From Octopus sinensis (lineage: Eukaryota), in contig NC_043011.1 of assembly GCF_006345805.1 (NCBI RefSeq), positions 2,728,001 to 2,792,000 of the forward strand: 64,000 bases of DNA. The letters run 5' to 3'. A program made the translations under genes and the position numbers. Shown here piece by piece: positions 62,757 through 64,000 of the stretch (its first letter is position 1; each line of letters starts with the position of its first letter). A model generated the notes under the pieces. That model was not told the DNA's origin. It ran no database searches and worked only from the letters and a program-made list of their open reading frames with translations.

Positions 62757-63000
62757 TGACAGATGAACAAAAACAGAAGTAAATCACATTGACTCAGGAA
62801 CTGTTTGATTATTTGAATGACAATAAGAACTTTCTGCAAGGAGTCACAAAAGATGACGTGTGAGTGTACAGCTATAATGTTAAAACAAAATAGCAGTAGG
62901 TGTAGTGAGTTAGATCATTGTAGACACAATCAAAGACAGTACATTGGAATTACTCAAATGTGAAGGTGATTGTCCTTTTTGATATGAATAGTATCATTCA
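62757..63000 (+). mobile_element. mariner transposase relic
   Basis: TDEQKQK...FLQGVTKDDV*VYSYNVKTK resembles the LTxxQK...FLxRIITGDETWVYxYDPETK motif. Confidence 0.5.
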
Positions 63001-64000
63001 TCAAAAGTTTGTTCCAAATTGATCAGGTGATCAATAAAGAGTTTTACTTGTCCTAAAGCATTTGAAAGAGGTTCTATGAAGAAGAAACTTAAAACTCAGA
63101 CAGATATAACCTAGAGGCTGTAACACAGTCTGTTCATTTGAATTAAATTTCTCTTTGAATTAGTTAATCTAGAATTTAAAATTTTCAATAAAGATTGTTG
63201 TAATTTCAAATGATTATCAAACAAACTATTTAGTTTTATCTTGATTTTTATATCAGTCTTATTCCATCCTAAAACTGTCGTAAAGTAGACAGACATAGAA
63301 TAGAAAAGGTTAATTGAACAATTAACCTCATCTTTGGTATTCTTAGCTCTGTGTCACATCTAATCATTTACAAGGCTTATATGTTCTAAATATACTGAAA
63401 TTTACTGCCATTAAATTCCCTAAAACCATTGCTTTAAACCCCTTTCACCAATGTTCTTATATCAGATGTTAATTTTAGCAGTATTTAAAATTATTCTATC
63501 AAACTTTTCTTTATACCTAACAGAATACAACAGATTGAACAAAATTCAAATTTGAAGAGACTCAACGTCATTGGCAACCTAATGAGTCAAGACAGAACCA
63601 AAATGGAAGTTATATTAATATACAATAAAATCGATAAAAATAATTCTTTAAAAGATTTGACTCGTTAGAATGCATCTGAAATTACTGATAACAATAGAGA
63701 AGCCTTTATATTAAGTGTAGGTAGCCTGCAGCCCTCAGACTGACTGTAGCCTGTGTAATACCATGTTTAAACAAATAACATTTTACTAAAATTTTCTAAT
63801 ATTTAGGTCCAAAACTAATATATTTTTATGATTTATATAATGTAATTGATAATGTATTCTGTATTAAATGTGAAGTCTGTTAAATTTTTATTTTTATTTT
63901 AGCGGAAAAGGTATTTTCATGATGAGTAATATTTCATAAGGTATACTTTTTGAGAAAATTTCCCATGCATTTCTAAATTTTCAGTCAATTAGGTTGGAAT

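Overview
AT-rich, microsatellite-dense eukaryotic DNA, most likely an octopus or other coleoid cephalopod (inferred from the SINE families and repeat landscape). No host protein-coding gene can be called with confidence; only a few isolated candidate micro-exons are seen. The window is dominated by mobile DNA. (1) A near full-length but disrupted Tx1-clade LINE (1411-7632, minus; ORF1 with CCHC knuckle, ORF2 APE-RT-Zn finger) lies between two (GATA/TATC)n arrays, and its last ~40 nt are shared with the 3' tail of a tRNA-derived SINE in the same window. (2) An internally deleted Rep/PIF1 Helitron (~7703-10440), a second Helitron 5' end and a complete 296-bp mini-Helitron. (3) Tc1/mariner elements, including a DD36E Tc1 copy and DD37D (maT) copies. 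(4) Penelope-like (GIY-YIG) relics and several long fold-back elements, with at least eight hammerhead-ribozyme-like motifs. (5) R4-like, RTE, RTEX, CR1/L2-like and Ingi/Vingi-like RT relics; the RTEX relic has a twin-priming-like 5' inversion. (6) More than 15 SINE copies, several MITEs and a near-identical 870-bp tandem duplication. All family names come from manual motif recognition; no database search or folding program was run.
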